Below, one piece after another: positions 1 through 13,100 of a DNA stretch of 64,000 bases. This stretch comes from Yuukianura sp. NJ FZ-2021 (lineage: Eukaryota): positions 14,012,001 through 14,076,000 of the forward strand of contig CM102285.1 in NCBI GenBank assembly GCA_046563655.1. Reading direction: 5' to 3'. The position numbers were made by a program, and so were the translations under genes. The notes below the pieces were generated by a model. It did no database searches and had not been told where the DNA came from. It worked only from the letters and a program-made list of their open reading frames with translations. Positions within the stretch are counted from its first letter, which is position 1, and each line of letters opens with the position of its first letter.

Positions 1-71
1 CAAACAAGGTTAGCCTTGACCTAGTTGAGCTTTGACCTTTATGTGTTGACCTTTGACCTATTTTGTTGCAG

Positions 72-397
72 ATGAGGTGGTTGAGACCAGGATGCACGAA
101 GTTGGACCAGAACTGTGTCCACCGATATCTTCTCCCTGGTTTCCGAACATCACTCGACCTCCGCTGTGTCTAGAAAATACTTTGCCAGGAAAAGACTGTT
201 TACGTGAAGTTCGGATTCTGCCGGGAGCTCCCCTGTTTTGTCAAAATGAAGACACGAAGGAGTGGGTGTTGAGTGGAATTGCTCCAGGTCAAGGTCACCC
301 CAAATGTGGGATCGAGAGGTACAGGGTGGCTGCGGTGGGTGGCTCCACAGAGTGGATTCTCAAAACAGTCGAAGTTCTCTCTCATAACACACCGTAA
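72..397 (+). CDS. Terminal exon of a trypsin-fold serine protease homolog (5' part outside window; probably non-catalytic)
   Basis: Acceptor ttttgttgcag ends at 71. Translation ...LCLEN...KDC...PGAPLFC...WVLSGI...C...WILKTV follows the C-terminal half of the S1 protease fold, but GDSGGP is replaced by ILPGAP. Confidence 0.6.
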
Positions 398-568
398 ACG
401 AAATTAATCATGAGTTGTATTACTAATGGGGGTTGTTTTTGGAGAAGGGGTGTTAAAATTAAGTTAAAATCAATTAATTAATTAACTAATTAATTAATCC
501 AATCACTTATTCAAATCTATTTTATTGAAATTTTGAATTCTGACGAATAAATTATTAACATTTGCGAC

Positions 569-809
569 TGGCATTGAAGTTTAAAATTTCATGTCGATAA
601 GATAGCCACGCTAAGCGTCCAAGTTCAAAATGTAAATTTTAGTGGCGCCAAAATTCAAAACTAAAAATTAAAATTTAATAGAAAAAACAAAAAAATTAAA
701 AAGTGAGTGGCGTTGAAGTTTAAAATTTCGTGTCGATAAGAGTGTGACGCAAAGCGTCTGCTTTCAAAGTTTCAAATCTGAATAGCGCGAAAATTCAAAA
801 AGTAAAAAT
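569..809. repeat. Imperfect direct repeat, two ~100-bp copies (~569-668 and ~708-809) upstream of PAXBP1
   Basis: TGGC(A/G)TTGAAGTTTAAAATTTC(A/G)TGTCGATAAGA...AAAATTCAAAA occurs twice, about 139 bp apart. Confidence 0.75.
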
Positions 810-1156
810 CGGCTAAATTGTTTTTCGACAAAAGAATCAAATCCAACTTTACTTTTCCTTTTTTAGCACGAGAACGGTAAACCATTGATTGACATTTAAA
901 GATTTAAAGTTTATGCCACATTAATTGATAAATTCACCAAATTAATTGGAAAGTTGCAATTGATTTATCACGAAACGAGGCGGAGATCTCAAATTGCTAC
1001 AAGTCGAAAAGTGGAAGTAAAAATCGACAAGATCGGGGTAAGTCATTCTAAAATTCGAAATTCCTTTGAAAATGAAATACACACTTGAAATGAAAACGCA
1101 CTTGCTGTTCTTCGTGCCGTAACTAAACCATGTGCATTTTTTGTCCAGCATACAAA

Positions 1157-4100
1157 ATGTTCAGACGACCAAAGAAACCGATTCGTCCAAGGGTGATAAT
1201 GATTAATGGAGAAGAAGAGGACGATGGAGACATGGACTATGAAGAAAGCAAGGCAGAAAACAATCCAGTAGCACCATCATCTCAAATACTGAAACCAGAG
1301 AAGATAAAGGAGGAAGTAAAAGTACCAAAGAAGTCAACACTGCTGAGTTTCAATGAAGAGAATGATGAAGAAGAAGATGAAATCTTCAAAGTCAAAAAGT
1401 CATCAGTGTCCCGTCGATTGATGAAAGAACGAAAGAAGAAGGAAACGAAACCCAAGAAATCTGATTCCAAACAGGCCACAACGACTGAAAAGGAGGAAGA
1501 TGCTGATGAGAGCATTCTCAAAGTCACAAACTTCGTTAGAATTCTTACCGGCCGAGAAGCAGAAGCCGTCGACATGGAATCCAGTGACGAAGATGACGAT
1601 ACTCATGTCAAATTCAAACCTCGACCGGCAGCAGATGCCGTTTCTGAAGTCCTAAGACGAACTCTTGAAAAAGAACAAATTCCGGATGCCAATTTGATTC
1701 ATGAGATTCGGAAGAAGAGACAAATGGCAAGAGATGGTGGAACAGGTGGAGCTCCGTTTATCCCTGTTGACGATTCTATCACTTACAAACCAAGCAAATC
1801 TCGACTAATCAGAGAAGATGAGAATGACCAGAGTGAAGATGACGATGAGAAGAGGATTGATTTTTCATTTGACTCGGTAAATGCTGACAGAGAGAGACGG
1901 AGAGAAGTTTTTGATGCAGCTCAAGATCAAGGTAAGCATTGCATTGCCCTGTACCGAATCTTAAAGAAATCAAACCACTGTCTAAATTTTTCGTTTTTAG
2001 ATCGTGACGAGCAGTCTGAAAGCGATTCGGATCGGGAACTGGAAGAATGGGAAAGACAGCAGATCAGAAAAGGAGTTTCCCAAGCACAAGTACGAACTTT
2101 TCTGAACTTTGTGAAAAAAATTCTAATAAATGTTCTAAAGATCTCAAACTTATCGTGAATGTCAACCTTGTTTTTTTTCCAGCTGCAGTTAGCAACTCAA
2201 CAGCAAGATTTCTTGTCTGGCGATCATACTGGAAACGGTGAATATTTGAATCTAAATGATCCAATTCCGACATCTTCCTCCTCATCAGCTGCTACTCGTT
2301 CTCAAGCGTCTAGAATTGAAGACGTCATGGGCGGGAAAACACTTAGAAGCGTCGATTCAATTTTCAAACAGCTCAGTGACAGGTAAGTCAGCAGCAGCTA
2401 ATTGAAGTTAAACTACACATTAAATTAACCGATTTGATTTTTAGGCTGGAAGGACTTCGTGTCACAAAAGAAAGTCACGAGGGTGAACTGAGTCGACTGC
2501 AAGTGGAGGGGGATTTATTGGTGGCAGAGATTGATGATTGTGCTCGCATGAAGCAAAGCCTCTCCGCTCGACTCAGACTGTACCAAGGTATTCATTGCTA
2601 TGTACATGATTTAATTGATTGTCTTCGATGTAAGGTAGGTTCTGTTCTACTTTCTCCAACTACGTCCAACTTACCAAAAGTTCTAACTCTTCTTTGACCT
2701 TGAATGTAGGTTCCAGAAATTCAAGAGTTAGAGAACCGGGCATTGGGGTTGTTCCAGGCCCATGCAGAATTCCTTATGAAAAGAAGAAGACAAGACAGGG
2801 ATGATCAGTATGAAGAGTGTTGTTCAACGTTACGTCCAGTTCCAAGTGTACAGCAAGATCGCGAAGTTGAAGAACGTGAAAAAAGAGCTGCAGAGAGAAA
2901 GGGACGTCGTACGAGACGCAGAAAAGAGCGGGAAGCTGCCAATATTTGGAATCATAATGAAGGCCTTTCTACAGACGACGAAGAACTGGAAGTTGATACA
3001 CAAAAATTCAAAACCATGAGGGGTAAAATTCTGAAATTTTGAAGTTCTACTTTTTCAAGTTCAACATGAAGAAAATGTCAAACTTTTTGACAACTTTTTT
3101 TTTCAAAATTGTTTAGAATCGATACTGGAAGCTGCTGCCCAAGTATTCGCTGATGTTCACGATGACTACTGGGAGGTTGATCGCATACTTCAAAAGTTTT
3201 TGGAGTGGAGAACAGAAGATGGCGGAGCTTATCGAGATTCTTACGTTCCACTTTGTATTCCCAAAGTCCTGTCGCCTGTCATCCGTGTCCAACTTTTGTA
3301 TTTTGATCCGCTCCAGGTAAGAAATGAAGTACGAATAGTTAATTGAAAGTGCGATTAATCGATTGAAAATATGATTAATTGGTTTCTTTGTCTGCAGGAT
3401 GACGCAGACATCTTCAGAAGTCCATGGATGAAGTCCTTACTATTTTTTGGATTTAGTTCAACAGAAACTCGGGAGACTCTGACGACCGATCCTGATGTGA
3501 AACTTGTTCCCGGAGTTTGCGAAAAGGTTGTTATTCCTTGGATAGAAAGTAAGAGATACGGGGGATTATGTGGGAGACGGGAATTCCAAGGTTTTAATCG
3601 ATTAATGTCACTCTAGGAGTCGTTACGGCTGAATACGATCCAGTGTCGACCACTCAGACCAAGAGGCTGATTCATCTCATTCGCAAATTGTTGTCTGACT
3701 ACACGATTAATATCAACAGCAAACAGATTCATAGTCTCCTTAAATCCGTTTTGACCAAACTGGAAGATGCGACGGACAAGGATGTTTTTATTCCAATGTT
3801 TGACACGAGGTATGGTTCAAGTTTTCAAAAATTAAAAAAAAATCTAGATTTTTTCAAAGAATCTTCAACAAATCGATTATTTTTGTTTTTAGTGCTTTGA
3901 TGAAGAGTTCCGAAGTGAACGTTTTTGCATCTCGGCAGTTCTACGCCAGTGTTAAACTTCTGGACAACATTTGCTCTTGGACAGGCATTCTGAGTGATAA
4001 GCACCTCCAGACTCTGGCACTGGACAAGCTCATGGCCAGATACATTGTCTCCAGCGTCCGCTTGTCATTTGACCTTCAAGAAGCTGTCAAGCGAGCACAA

Positions 4101-4415
4101 GCCGTAAGAAGCAGAATATAAATTTTAAAAGTGTGCTTGAAATTTTCTTGAAAAGTTGAAATTATAATTTTTTTTATATTTTTTAAATTATAATTTTGTT
4201 GACAGGTTGTCAACGTTCTTCCGCGTGTGTGGTTGAATGATGGGGAACCACCGCACGGAGTTCGTCATCTCATCCGAGCCCTGCTTGTTCTTGTCCAGGA
4301 GCGAACAGATTTTAGCCTTCCCATGAACAAATGCCAAGTTGAACCAATGGCTGGAGTTCTTCGGGCACTTGGAGCTGTCAAGGAAGCTGAGATGATCAGT
4401 ATCAAATATGCCTAA
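1157..4415 (+). CDS. PAXBP1: PAX3/PAX7-binding protein 1 / GCFC2-like spliceosome-disassembly factor, ~10 coding exons
   Basis: Recognisable segments: LLSF-acidic N-terminus, IPDANLIHEIRKKRQMAR, SRLIREDEND, WERQQIRKGV, GLSTDDEE and a C-terminal GCFC region (YRDSYVPLCIPK, YDPVSTTQT, RQFYASVKLLDNI). Approximate exons 1157-1931, 2001-2089, 2183-2382, 2445-2634, 2711-3022, 3117-3315, 3398-3548, 3617-3808, 3893-4103, 4207-4415. Confidence 0.9.
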
Positions 4416-4890
4416 AAGAGAATATACAAATTCTGCTTGTCCAGCATTGCACAAGCTACGATCTAATAACTGTATGAATATCTAATAACTTTAATTTGTT
4501 TTGTATTAATCAGGAATAATTAATTATAACTAACTAATTAAATATTCGTCGAATCCCAGCCTAACCGAACCGACAGAATTCCAGAGTCCAAATTAGTATT
4601 TGACGCGAGAAGGTACAGGATGGGTCGCCGTGTCAACAAGAAAATGTTATACTTAGGATTGTTATTCTCAGTCGAACCAAAGAAAAAGTCTAACCAATTT
4701 TGAAATCTAGAAAAACTCAAAATTTGAGTCGTTTTTGAAATATTGAAACTTGCAAGGGTGGATACTTTCCAAGTATTTTTGGATTTTGTAAGTTCCAACC
4801 TACACTGATAGCTTCCAGAAGTATAACTAATAAAATTATATAATCTTATTTTCATTTTTCTTTAGGATTTGATTTCATCGCGACTTCAAA

Positions 4891-6550
4891 ATGGACACAG
4901 ACGCTATTCCTCCAGCACATAAGTTACCGCCCGAAGTAATTCGAAACATATTTCAATTTTATGCAATAGCTTATGAATTAACTTCAAATGCTTATTTCTG
5001 ATTTATTTTAGGTACTCACAACAATATTTGACTACTCGAATGCAGAAGAGCGTGCGCAAAACCGATCCGTTTGCGACTACTGGCGCAACATCATTGAGTC
5101 CATCTACATAACCCGCCTGGATATGTACAACGACAACTGGGAACAACATGTCAAAAACTGCACTGCATCCAAGATCCATTTGATGCTCAAAAATGTCCAG
5201 TTCCCGATATACCAAGCGCCAGAATTCAACGACTTCATGTCGCGTGTCAACAATCTGGAACTGTCTGGATACATTCCAGAGTACAACATGATCAATATCC
5301 TCAAGGAATGTCGCAAACTCCAGTCACTTACGATCAGTTCTCTAATTTACGACAACTATCACCGTCTTGAGAAGCTCAACATTCAAGCCAATGAAGCCAC
5401 GCTGGATTTAAGCCAATTGAACATTGGATTACCAAATGAAGGACAGGAACGTGCTCTTCTTCTTATGACATCCATTGTGTGCGGTGTCATCAAACCCAAT
5501 TGTTTAAAGAAGTTGAAGCTCAGTGCATTTTTCAAAGGTGAAAACGTTTTGCGGCTGATTTTTACGAATGTTTTTGAAGAACTAGAACCGAACGCGTCTT
5601 CAGACATCATCAAATCGATTTTGATCAAACACTGCTTGTCCCTGCAGAAAATAAGCTTTCAGTCCAAGTACTGTCGGTTTTCACCCGTGACGACTGTAGC
5701 GTTCATCAAATTGCGTCCAATAGCATCTGATTTCATCACTAATCCAGCCAATCAAAACACTCGAATCTACGAATCAGACTTATGTCGTCTTCCTTCCGAC
5801 AATGAAGTTATTCAACGGTCGTCGTTGCTGAAAATATATCAAACACAATCCAAAATGAGAAATCTGAAGATTCTTTGCGACTTTAAGCCTCAGTTGGATC
5901 AAATTCAAAACATTATCCAAAATAATTGTGAATCATTGGAGGAAGTTATGATTCTACTTGGATGGGATTATTATTCGCGGGTAGAAACTACTCGGACACT
6001 TAGTTGCTCATGTTTCGCAACTTGCTCGACCTTGAAGAAACTAAAACTTTGCTCACCAAGTTGGCATCGGCAGGTCGATCTGCTTGACCTCTTGAGTCTT
6101 CCGACGTCTTTGGAAAAGTTGGGTCTTATTGGATTTACTCCAAGTGGATCGACGGAACTGTTCGGTCGAGTCGTCGAACCGTCGCGGTATCCGAAGTTGA
6201 CCGAAGTGTTCTTGGGGCTTCACCCTTGGTTCATTCAAAATGGACAACCAATTACAGTTTTTGAAAAAACTCACCTCTTTTGGCTTCTGAACTGGTTTTC
6301 AAACATTAGGAAACTCACCCTTACGACAATTACGCTTGGCCTATCCATGAATTTAGCGCAAATACAAGCAAATCACTTGGAATTCCTTCTTGATGCTGTT
6401 TCACCTGAATTTGTGACGTGGTGTCGCCAGGGGGGAGGCGACAATGTCGAAGTGGATTCTTTTGAAATTTTTGCCGGCTACGAATACTACCGGGTTTCTG
6501 ACGCCGTCGAAACGGTTCACAAAATATGTCTGAGAAACAACCGACAGTGA
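4891..6550 (+). CDS. F-box / LRR-like protein, tandem copy 1 (exons 4891-4935, 5012-6550)
   Basis: Splicing gives MDTDAIPPAHKLPPE|VLTTIFDYSNAEERAQNRSVCDYWRNII, matching the F-box consensus (LPPE..IF..L...R.VC..W). LxxLxL segments follow (LQSLTI, LKKLKL, LEKLGL). Confidence 0.8.
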
Positions 6551-6912
6551 CGACCAACCCTCAACTTCCGAAAACTTTTTTTTATTGCAATACACCGAAA
6601 CTCTAAATTGGGAAACTTACTCTGATTGGTTGGTGTGTAAATGAAAATAATTTAAAATTACTTTAGACTTGTCTTTAAAAACGAGTTCAATAAAATATGA
6701 CATTATAATTTGTGAAAACTACCATGTCGTAGCCACGATAATTATTAATTATTAATAATAACGAATAATTAATTATTAAATATATTATTAATATATAAAT
6801 ATATTATTAATATATAAATATATTAAATGCATATTAAATATATAAGAAATTATTAAATATTCACATCGTCCGAGAAGGTATTGCTCTTGTCAGCATTCTG
6901 TAGCAGTTGACT

Positions 6913-7825
6913 GGAATCAAGTAACATGAAAACGTCAAAAGTGAAATCGTCAAAAACGAAATCGTCAAAGTAATAAAAAGATCACAAAGTGAAAAGGTCA
7001 AAAAGTGAAAAGATCAAAATGTCAAATTGACGGAATTCTAGGTTGAGTTTGAAATTTAAATTGGTTCCATCTCCATCACATTGGTCCGGATAGGTTTTGT
7101 GACTGGTATTTAGTAGATGCAAGCCATTTAGGTGTTGCAGGCCTAAAAAGTCTCTCCTATATTTGGACTTTTTTCACGAAAGGTCTAAGCTTTAGGGCCC
7201 TTCGGCATTTTATTGTGACAAGCGGAAGTTATAGGATTTAGCATTACAGTGCATGGGTCTGTAGTAATTCTGCCTAATCCCCTAGGTTCCACTACACGTA
7301 ATGTATTTTGGAACTCTAAACGCTATTGGGAAGGTCATACCGTTTAGAACTTACCCTGCTGCATTTTTCTGCTTATTCGTCTTAGTGCTTAAGTCGGAAA
7401 CGCTTAAGGTCACCAAAGGTCAACGGGTCACCCTATGATGCCCCCCACAAACACGATACCGTTCGAAACATCTTGAATCTTGGCCGTAACAGCCATTTAG
7501 CCGTAAGCGTTCACTGACTACAAGTAATAAGATTTCACTTAATTTTAGTTTTTACTCAGGTTAGGAATGCGGTTTTTTGACTGAAGTTGGTTTTGATTGG
7601 AGGGGCTTATTTTTAGGTGATTATTCGCATGGATATGGAACCAATTTAAAATTTAAACTTTAAGCTAGAATTCCGTCAATTTGACATTTTTATCCTTTCA
7701 CTTTTTGACCTTTTCACTTTGTGTTCTTTTTATACTATTCATTATAGACGATTTCCTTTTTGACGATTTCACGTTTGATCAATTCACTTTTGACCACATT
7801 TTTTTGACGAAATTACATGGAATCC
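6913..7825. mobile_element. Non-autonomous element with long imperfect terminal inverted repeats (MITE/foldback-like)
   Basis: ~6913-7077 is the imperfect reverse complement of ~7629-7825 (for example GTGAAAAGGTCAAAAAGTGAAA...TGTCAAATTGACGGAATTCTAG). The arms contain GAAATCGTCAAA subrepeats; the ~550-bp core is noncoding; no TSD seen. Confidence 0.75.
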
Positions 7826-7900
7826 TAAAGTATATACTAATGAAATTCTATAATCTAATTTTAATTTTTCTTTAGGATTTAATTTCATCGCGACTCCAAA

Positions 7901-9641
7901 ATGGAAACAGACGCTACTCCCCCAGCCCATAAGTTACCGCCCGAAGTAACTCAAAACTAGACATCTCATGCCATAGCTTAGGAATTAACTTCAAATGTTT
8001 AATTTTGATTTATTTTAGGTACTCACAACAATTTTTGACTACTCGAATGCAGCTGAGCGTGCGCGAAACCGATCCGTTTGCGACTACTGGCGTAACATCA
8101 TTGAGTTCAACTACACAACCCGCCTGGATATGTACAACGACAACTGGGAACAACATGTCAAAAACTCTACTGCATCCAAGATCCATTTGATCCTCAAAAA
8201 TGTCCAGTTCCCGATATACCAAGCACCAGAATTCAACGACTTTATGTCTCGCGTCAACATTCTGGAACTGTCTGGATACATTCCAGAGTACAACATGATC
8301 AATATCCTCAAGGAATGTCGCAAACTCCAGTCACTTACAATCAGTTCTATCCTGTACGACAACTATCACCGTCTTGAAAAACTCAACATTCAAGCCTATG
8401 AAGCCACGCTTGATTTAAGCCAATTGCACATTGGATTCCCAAATGATAGACAGGAGCGTGCTCTTCTTCTTATGACGTCCATTGTGTGCGGTTTCATCAG
8501 ACCAAATTGTTTGAAGGAGTTGAAGCTCAGTCCATTTTTCAAAGGTGAAAACGTTTTGCGGCTGATTTTTACGAATGTTTTTGAAGAAGTAGAATCCGGA
8601 GCGTCTTCAGACATCATCAAATCGATTTTGATCAAACAATGCTTGTCCCTCCAGAAGATAAGTTTTCAATCCAAAAATCATTGGTTTCCAACAGCCGTGA
8701 GGACTGTAGCGTTCATCAAATTGCGTCCGTACGCAACAGTATCTGATTCCACCACTAATTCAACCAATCAAAAAACTCGAATCCACGAATCAGACTTAAG
8801 TTATCTTCCTTGTTCCGAGTACAGTGTTATTGGACCATCGTCGTTGCTCAAAATTTATCAAACACAATCCAAAATGAAAAATCTTAACATTCGTTGCGAC
8901 AATGAGGCTGAGTTGGATCAAATTCAAAACATCATCAAAACCAATTGTGAATCACTGGAGGAAATTACGATTCGACTTGGATGGCAAAATAGTTTTCGGA
9001 TACAAAGTACTCGGACACTTAGTTGCTCATGTTTTGCAACCTGCTCGACCTTGAAGAAACTAACACTTTATTCAGCAAATAGGGAACGGCGGGTCCAACT
9101 GCTTGACCTGTTGAGTCTTCCGACCTCTTTGGAAAAGTTGTCTCTTACTGGATTTATTCCAACTGGATCGGCGGAACTGTTCGGTCGAGTCACCGAACCG
9201 TGGCGGTATCCGAAGTTGACCGAAGTGTTCTTGGGGCATCATCCTTGGTTCATTCAAAATGGACACCCAATTACAGTTTTTGAAAAAACTCAACTTTTTT
9301 GGCTTCTGAACTGGTTTTCAAACATTAGAAAACTCACCCTTACACTAATTCCGCTTGGCCAAGCCATGACTTTGCAGCAAATACGAGTAATGGGCTTGGA
9401 ATACATTCTTGATGCTGTTTCACCTGAATTTGTGACGTGGTGTCGCCAGGGGGGAGGCGACAATGTCGAAGTGCATTCTTTTGAAATTTCCGCCCACAAG
9501 TACCACCGTGATTTGGACACCGTCGAAACGGTGCATAAAATATGTCTGAGAAACGACCGACATTTGACGTTCAACCCCCAACCTCAGCGAAGAAATTTTT
9601 TTGCAATACACCGAAACTCCAAATTGAGAAACTCATTCTGA
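7901..9641 (+). CDS. F-box / LRR-like protein, tandem copy 2 (exons 7901-7945, 8019-9641)
   Basis: METDATPPAHKLPPE|VLTTIFDYSNAAERARNRSVCDYWRNII; colinear and highly similar to copy 1, with the same intron position. Confidence 0.8.
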
Positions 9642-10134
9642 TTGGTTGATTGTTTTAAAAATTGGTACATTTGTAACTGAAATTTTAAACTTAAGTCGAC
9701 TCGTATTTTTAAACAAGTTAAATAAAATATGACATTCTAATTTGTGAATCACCATTGTGAGTGAACTACCATTCAAATGTCGTAGCCACGAGATGAAGCC
9801 AACGCGTGGGCGTCATCAGCACAGTTTTGAAAAATAGTTCTGAATTTCTATGAATAATTAATTGGTTTTAATATTAAATATTATTATTAATATACACTGT
9901 ATAAATACATATTATTAAATATATTAAATATATATGTAAATATATGTATATTAAATATATTAAAATTATTAAATATATTATTAACATATTAATATTGAGA
10001 TGTGCCCCCAAGGAAACGCTGAAGTAGGATTATTATTCTAAATCTGACGATTATTTATAATCTTTAGAAACAAAACACAACAAAAATTTCCAATTACCGA
10101 ATTTGACTCTCTTGTCTATGACACCGAAACCGAA

Positions 10135-13100
10135 ATGCCTCCTACAGTGTTGACATTCTTCAAGAGGTAATTTGTAATTACAGAATATGTAATATTATTT
10201 ATACATAGATAATAATAATTAAATCGATACTTAATTCTTGTAGCCAGAATGTCGCCAGTGTCCAGGATGATGTCTCCGTGGGATCCTCTACCACAGCAGG
10301 GACTCATTCCAGGTCAACTGACACTTTGGCTGGCGTCATTCCTGAGAGTAGGACCGCAAAAGAACAAATTATGTAAGGAGTATAATTTTAATTAACAATT
10401 TAAGTTAGATTAATTAATTGATTTGGTTTTTTGATTAATTAGATTTGATCCTATGCCTCCCACTGAACGAATTGTGTACGAAGCCCTTCGACAGACTGGT
10501 GTCCTCATGCCGGAAGATTTGAGTTTGGCCAGCTCCGTTGTGCTAGACTATTTGACGTCAATTGTTCGCTTAATGGAACCAATTGCTTCAAGCACACAGC
10601 GATTACGAAGGTGTAATTAATAGCGGATTCCATCTGAAACTAACTTTATCGAATTTTTGAGTGCACGAAGGTTTATAATTTTGTTGGTTGACTTTTTAGT
10701 TGTTTAGCAAAGGTGGAAGGTGACAAGGTAGACGACGTGGCTGGATTAGTCATTTGGCTGGAAATCGCTGCAAAGCTGACGCTGTTAAGCGATTGGGACA
10801 GCCAGGAACTACTAAGACTAAATGCAGCTTGGATTCAAGTTTTTACGCTGGAGAGAAAAACGTTTAAGGAATTCAAAATACTGGAGAAGATCATGGATCG
10901 CTTCCAGCGCTCGATTCAGCGACACATCAAAAAGCTTCTGCAGAAAGATAATCAACTTTTAGCTCGGTTCAAGTCTTGCGTTCCACCGGATTGGACAACT
11001 GTAACAACTTAACAAGTCCTAATAGGTCAAAGGTCATATTTTTTAATGTAACATGTTTTTGTTGATGTAAAAACTAGATTGCAGAGCAACTGAACACTCC
11101 AGACAATCCCATCGCTGCAGAAGCATCGGCGCTGGAAGAGACTTTGACTCTGGAAGCGACATCAACGCTGGAAGAGACATCGACGCTTGAAGATGACATT
11201 CGTGTTACTTCCACTCTGGACGATTTGATTATCGTTTTTGAAGATTCCAGTTTGGCGGACGTGAAAATTTTGAAATTTTCGCGCCTTGGTCAAGAACGAA
11301 AATGTGAACTGATTATTCAAATTTTGGCTGCAGTTTCATTCCTGATTGGTCAAGTATCGTCTGAAGTGGAACGCGGAAGAGAAATCTACGCTGCAGCGAT
11401 TCCGCTGAAACTTTTGGTTCTAAAATCAAGCCATTTGCGTCACTTGGGTTCGTTCGACCACCTTGTGATCACTTATGGACTCAAAACTCTGCTGGAAGCT
11501 GTTGTTCAAAATGCTGTTTTGAATTCCAATCTGCGCAGAATCCTTGACAATTGTCATGTTCTACTTGCTTCAGCCAAGGAAGGACTTCAGGCTCAACAAA
11601 ACTTTAACTTTTCCAGCAAAAACTTTGACCTTTCCGGCAAAAACCTCAACTTTCCCAACAAAAACCTCAATTTTTCCAGCAAAAACCTCAACATTTCCGG
11701 CAAAGAGTTTGACTTTTCCGGCAAATTGAAAAGAATGAAGCTTACTTCCAGAACAATTTCTCGCCTCTGGACTGAACTTGGAACGACTTTTCTAAAATTT
11801 CAACTCCGTAATTATTCAATTCAAAAAAGTCTGCTGCTACGGTCACTTTGTCAAGATTTTGTCTCAAGTTATGGCCAATCGCTGCAGCAAATTGTTCAAA
11901 TTCAGCGATTTGACAAACCCAAACAAGCTGAACTTAACGCTGATGCTGTTCCAGTTAAACACAAGCAGGAGCATATCAGCAGTCAAACTGAATTGGAAAT
12001 TTCGGTGACCCAATTTTGTCAAACTTTTTCAAAACAAGTTTTGAACAGAACTACTCAGATGCTCCAAGTATTGCAAGTACCAAAAGCGTCTTCAGCGATT
12101 TCCAGTACTTTGGGTCCACCACCAACAGGATTTCTGGAAGGACTGTGCCATGTCATCGCTGTTTCAGCGTCTCAGCTCAAACTTTGTGCTGAAAAGCACC
12201 AGCGCGAGGGAGAAGCACTGCGGAAACAGTTTCTGGAACTGACAAATTCAATTGCCAATCTTTCCGAAATTTCCGAAGCGATTGGACACGACGTTTCAAA
12301 AAAGCTGGAACCGACGCTGAATTCTTTTGAAACTGAATGTGATTTGGCCCTGGAAGAGTTTTACCAAGACCAAATTCCGAAATTTGACTGTGGATTGCCA
12401 ATAGTCCAGAGTCCAAATGCTGAAGTTGTTGAAGCAACTTGGGAAAAAAGCGCTGAAATTCAAACTGCTACTGCAGCGATAGGAAGTACTCTAACTGCTG
12501 CTTGGGATCCTTTAAATCAAGAAGTTTTCTGTACTGCTCAGGACGGAGCGAATTTCAAATTTGGCGAAATTGGTAGCGCAAATCAATTGAAAATTTTCAA
12601 AGGATTTTTGAACCAAGCGTTTCAAATTGTCCAGGAAGCGACTGCTTTATGTCAGCATTCTGCAGCAGTTGATTGGAAGCATGTAAGTTCAGAAAAACTT
12701 GAATTTTTGAAAATTTTTCAAAATTTCAATTTTTTGTGTCAAAATTTTTGACACAGGCGAAGGAGACTCTGATAGAATTTTGGACATACTTGACCCAAGT
12801 CGAAAAGAAAGATGGCCTCCGTCCAGAAGAGAAGTACGTTCTGCTCATGGTTCTCCGCGTGACGACACAAACCAGCCACTACTTTGTGTCGCAATTGCTA
12901 CGTACACTGAAACGCTGTCGCTTGTCACTTTCTTATGCAATTTGGCACATTCGTACAAAACTTGGTCTCCTAGATGACAATGCAGCGCAAATTCAAAATG
13001 GTCGCCAGTTTAAGGGAAATCCATTTGGTTATGCCCAAATTACAGTCGGAATTACACAAGAATTTGAACCTCTTCTGGAAAAAGCTCCAGAAAAAGAAGT

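Noticed and set aside
1282..9611. Numerous minus-strand ORFs antisense to PAXBP1 and the F-box genes (and equivalents across the window)
   Set aside because: Shadow ORFs of real coding exons, with no motifs or independent splice structure.
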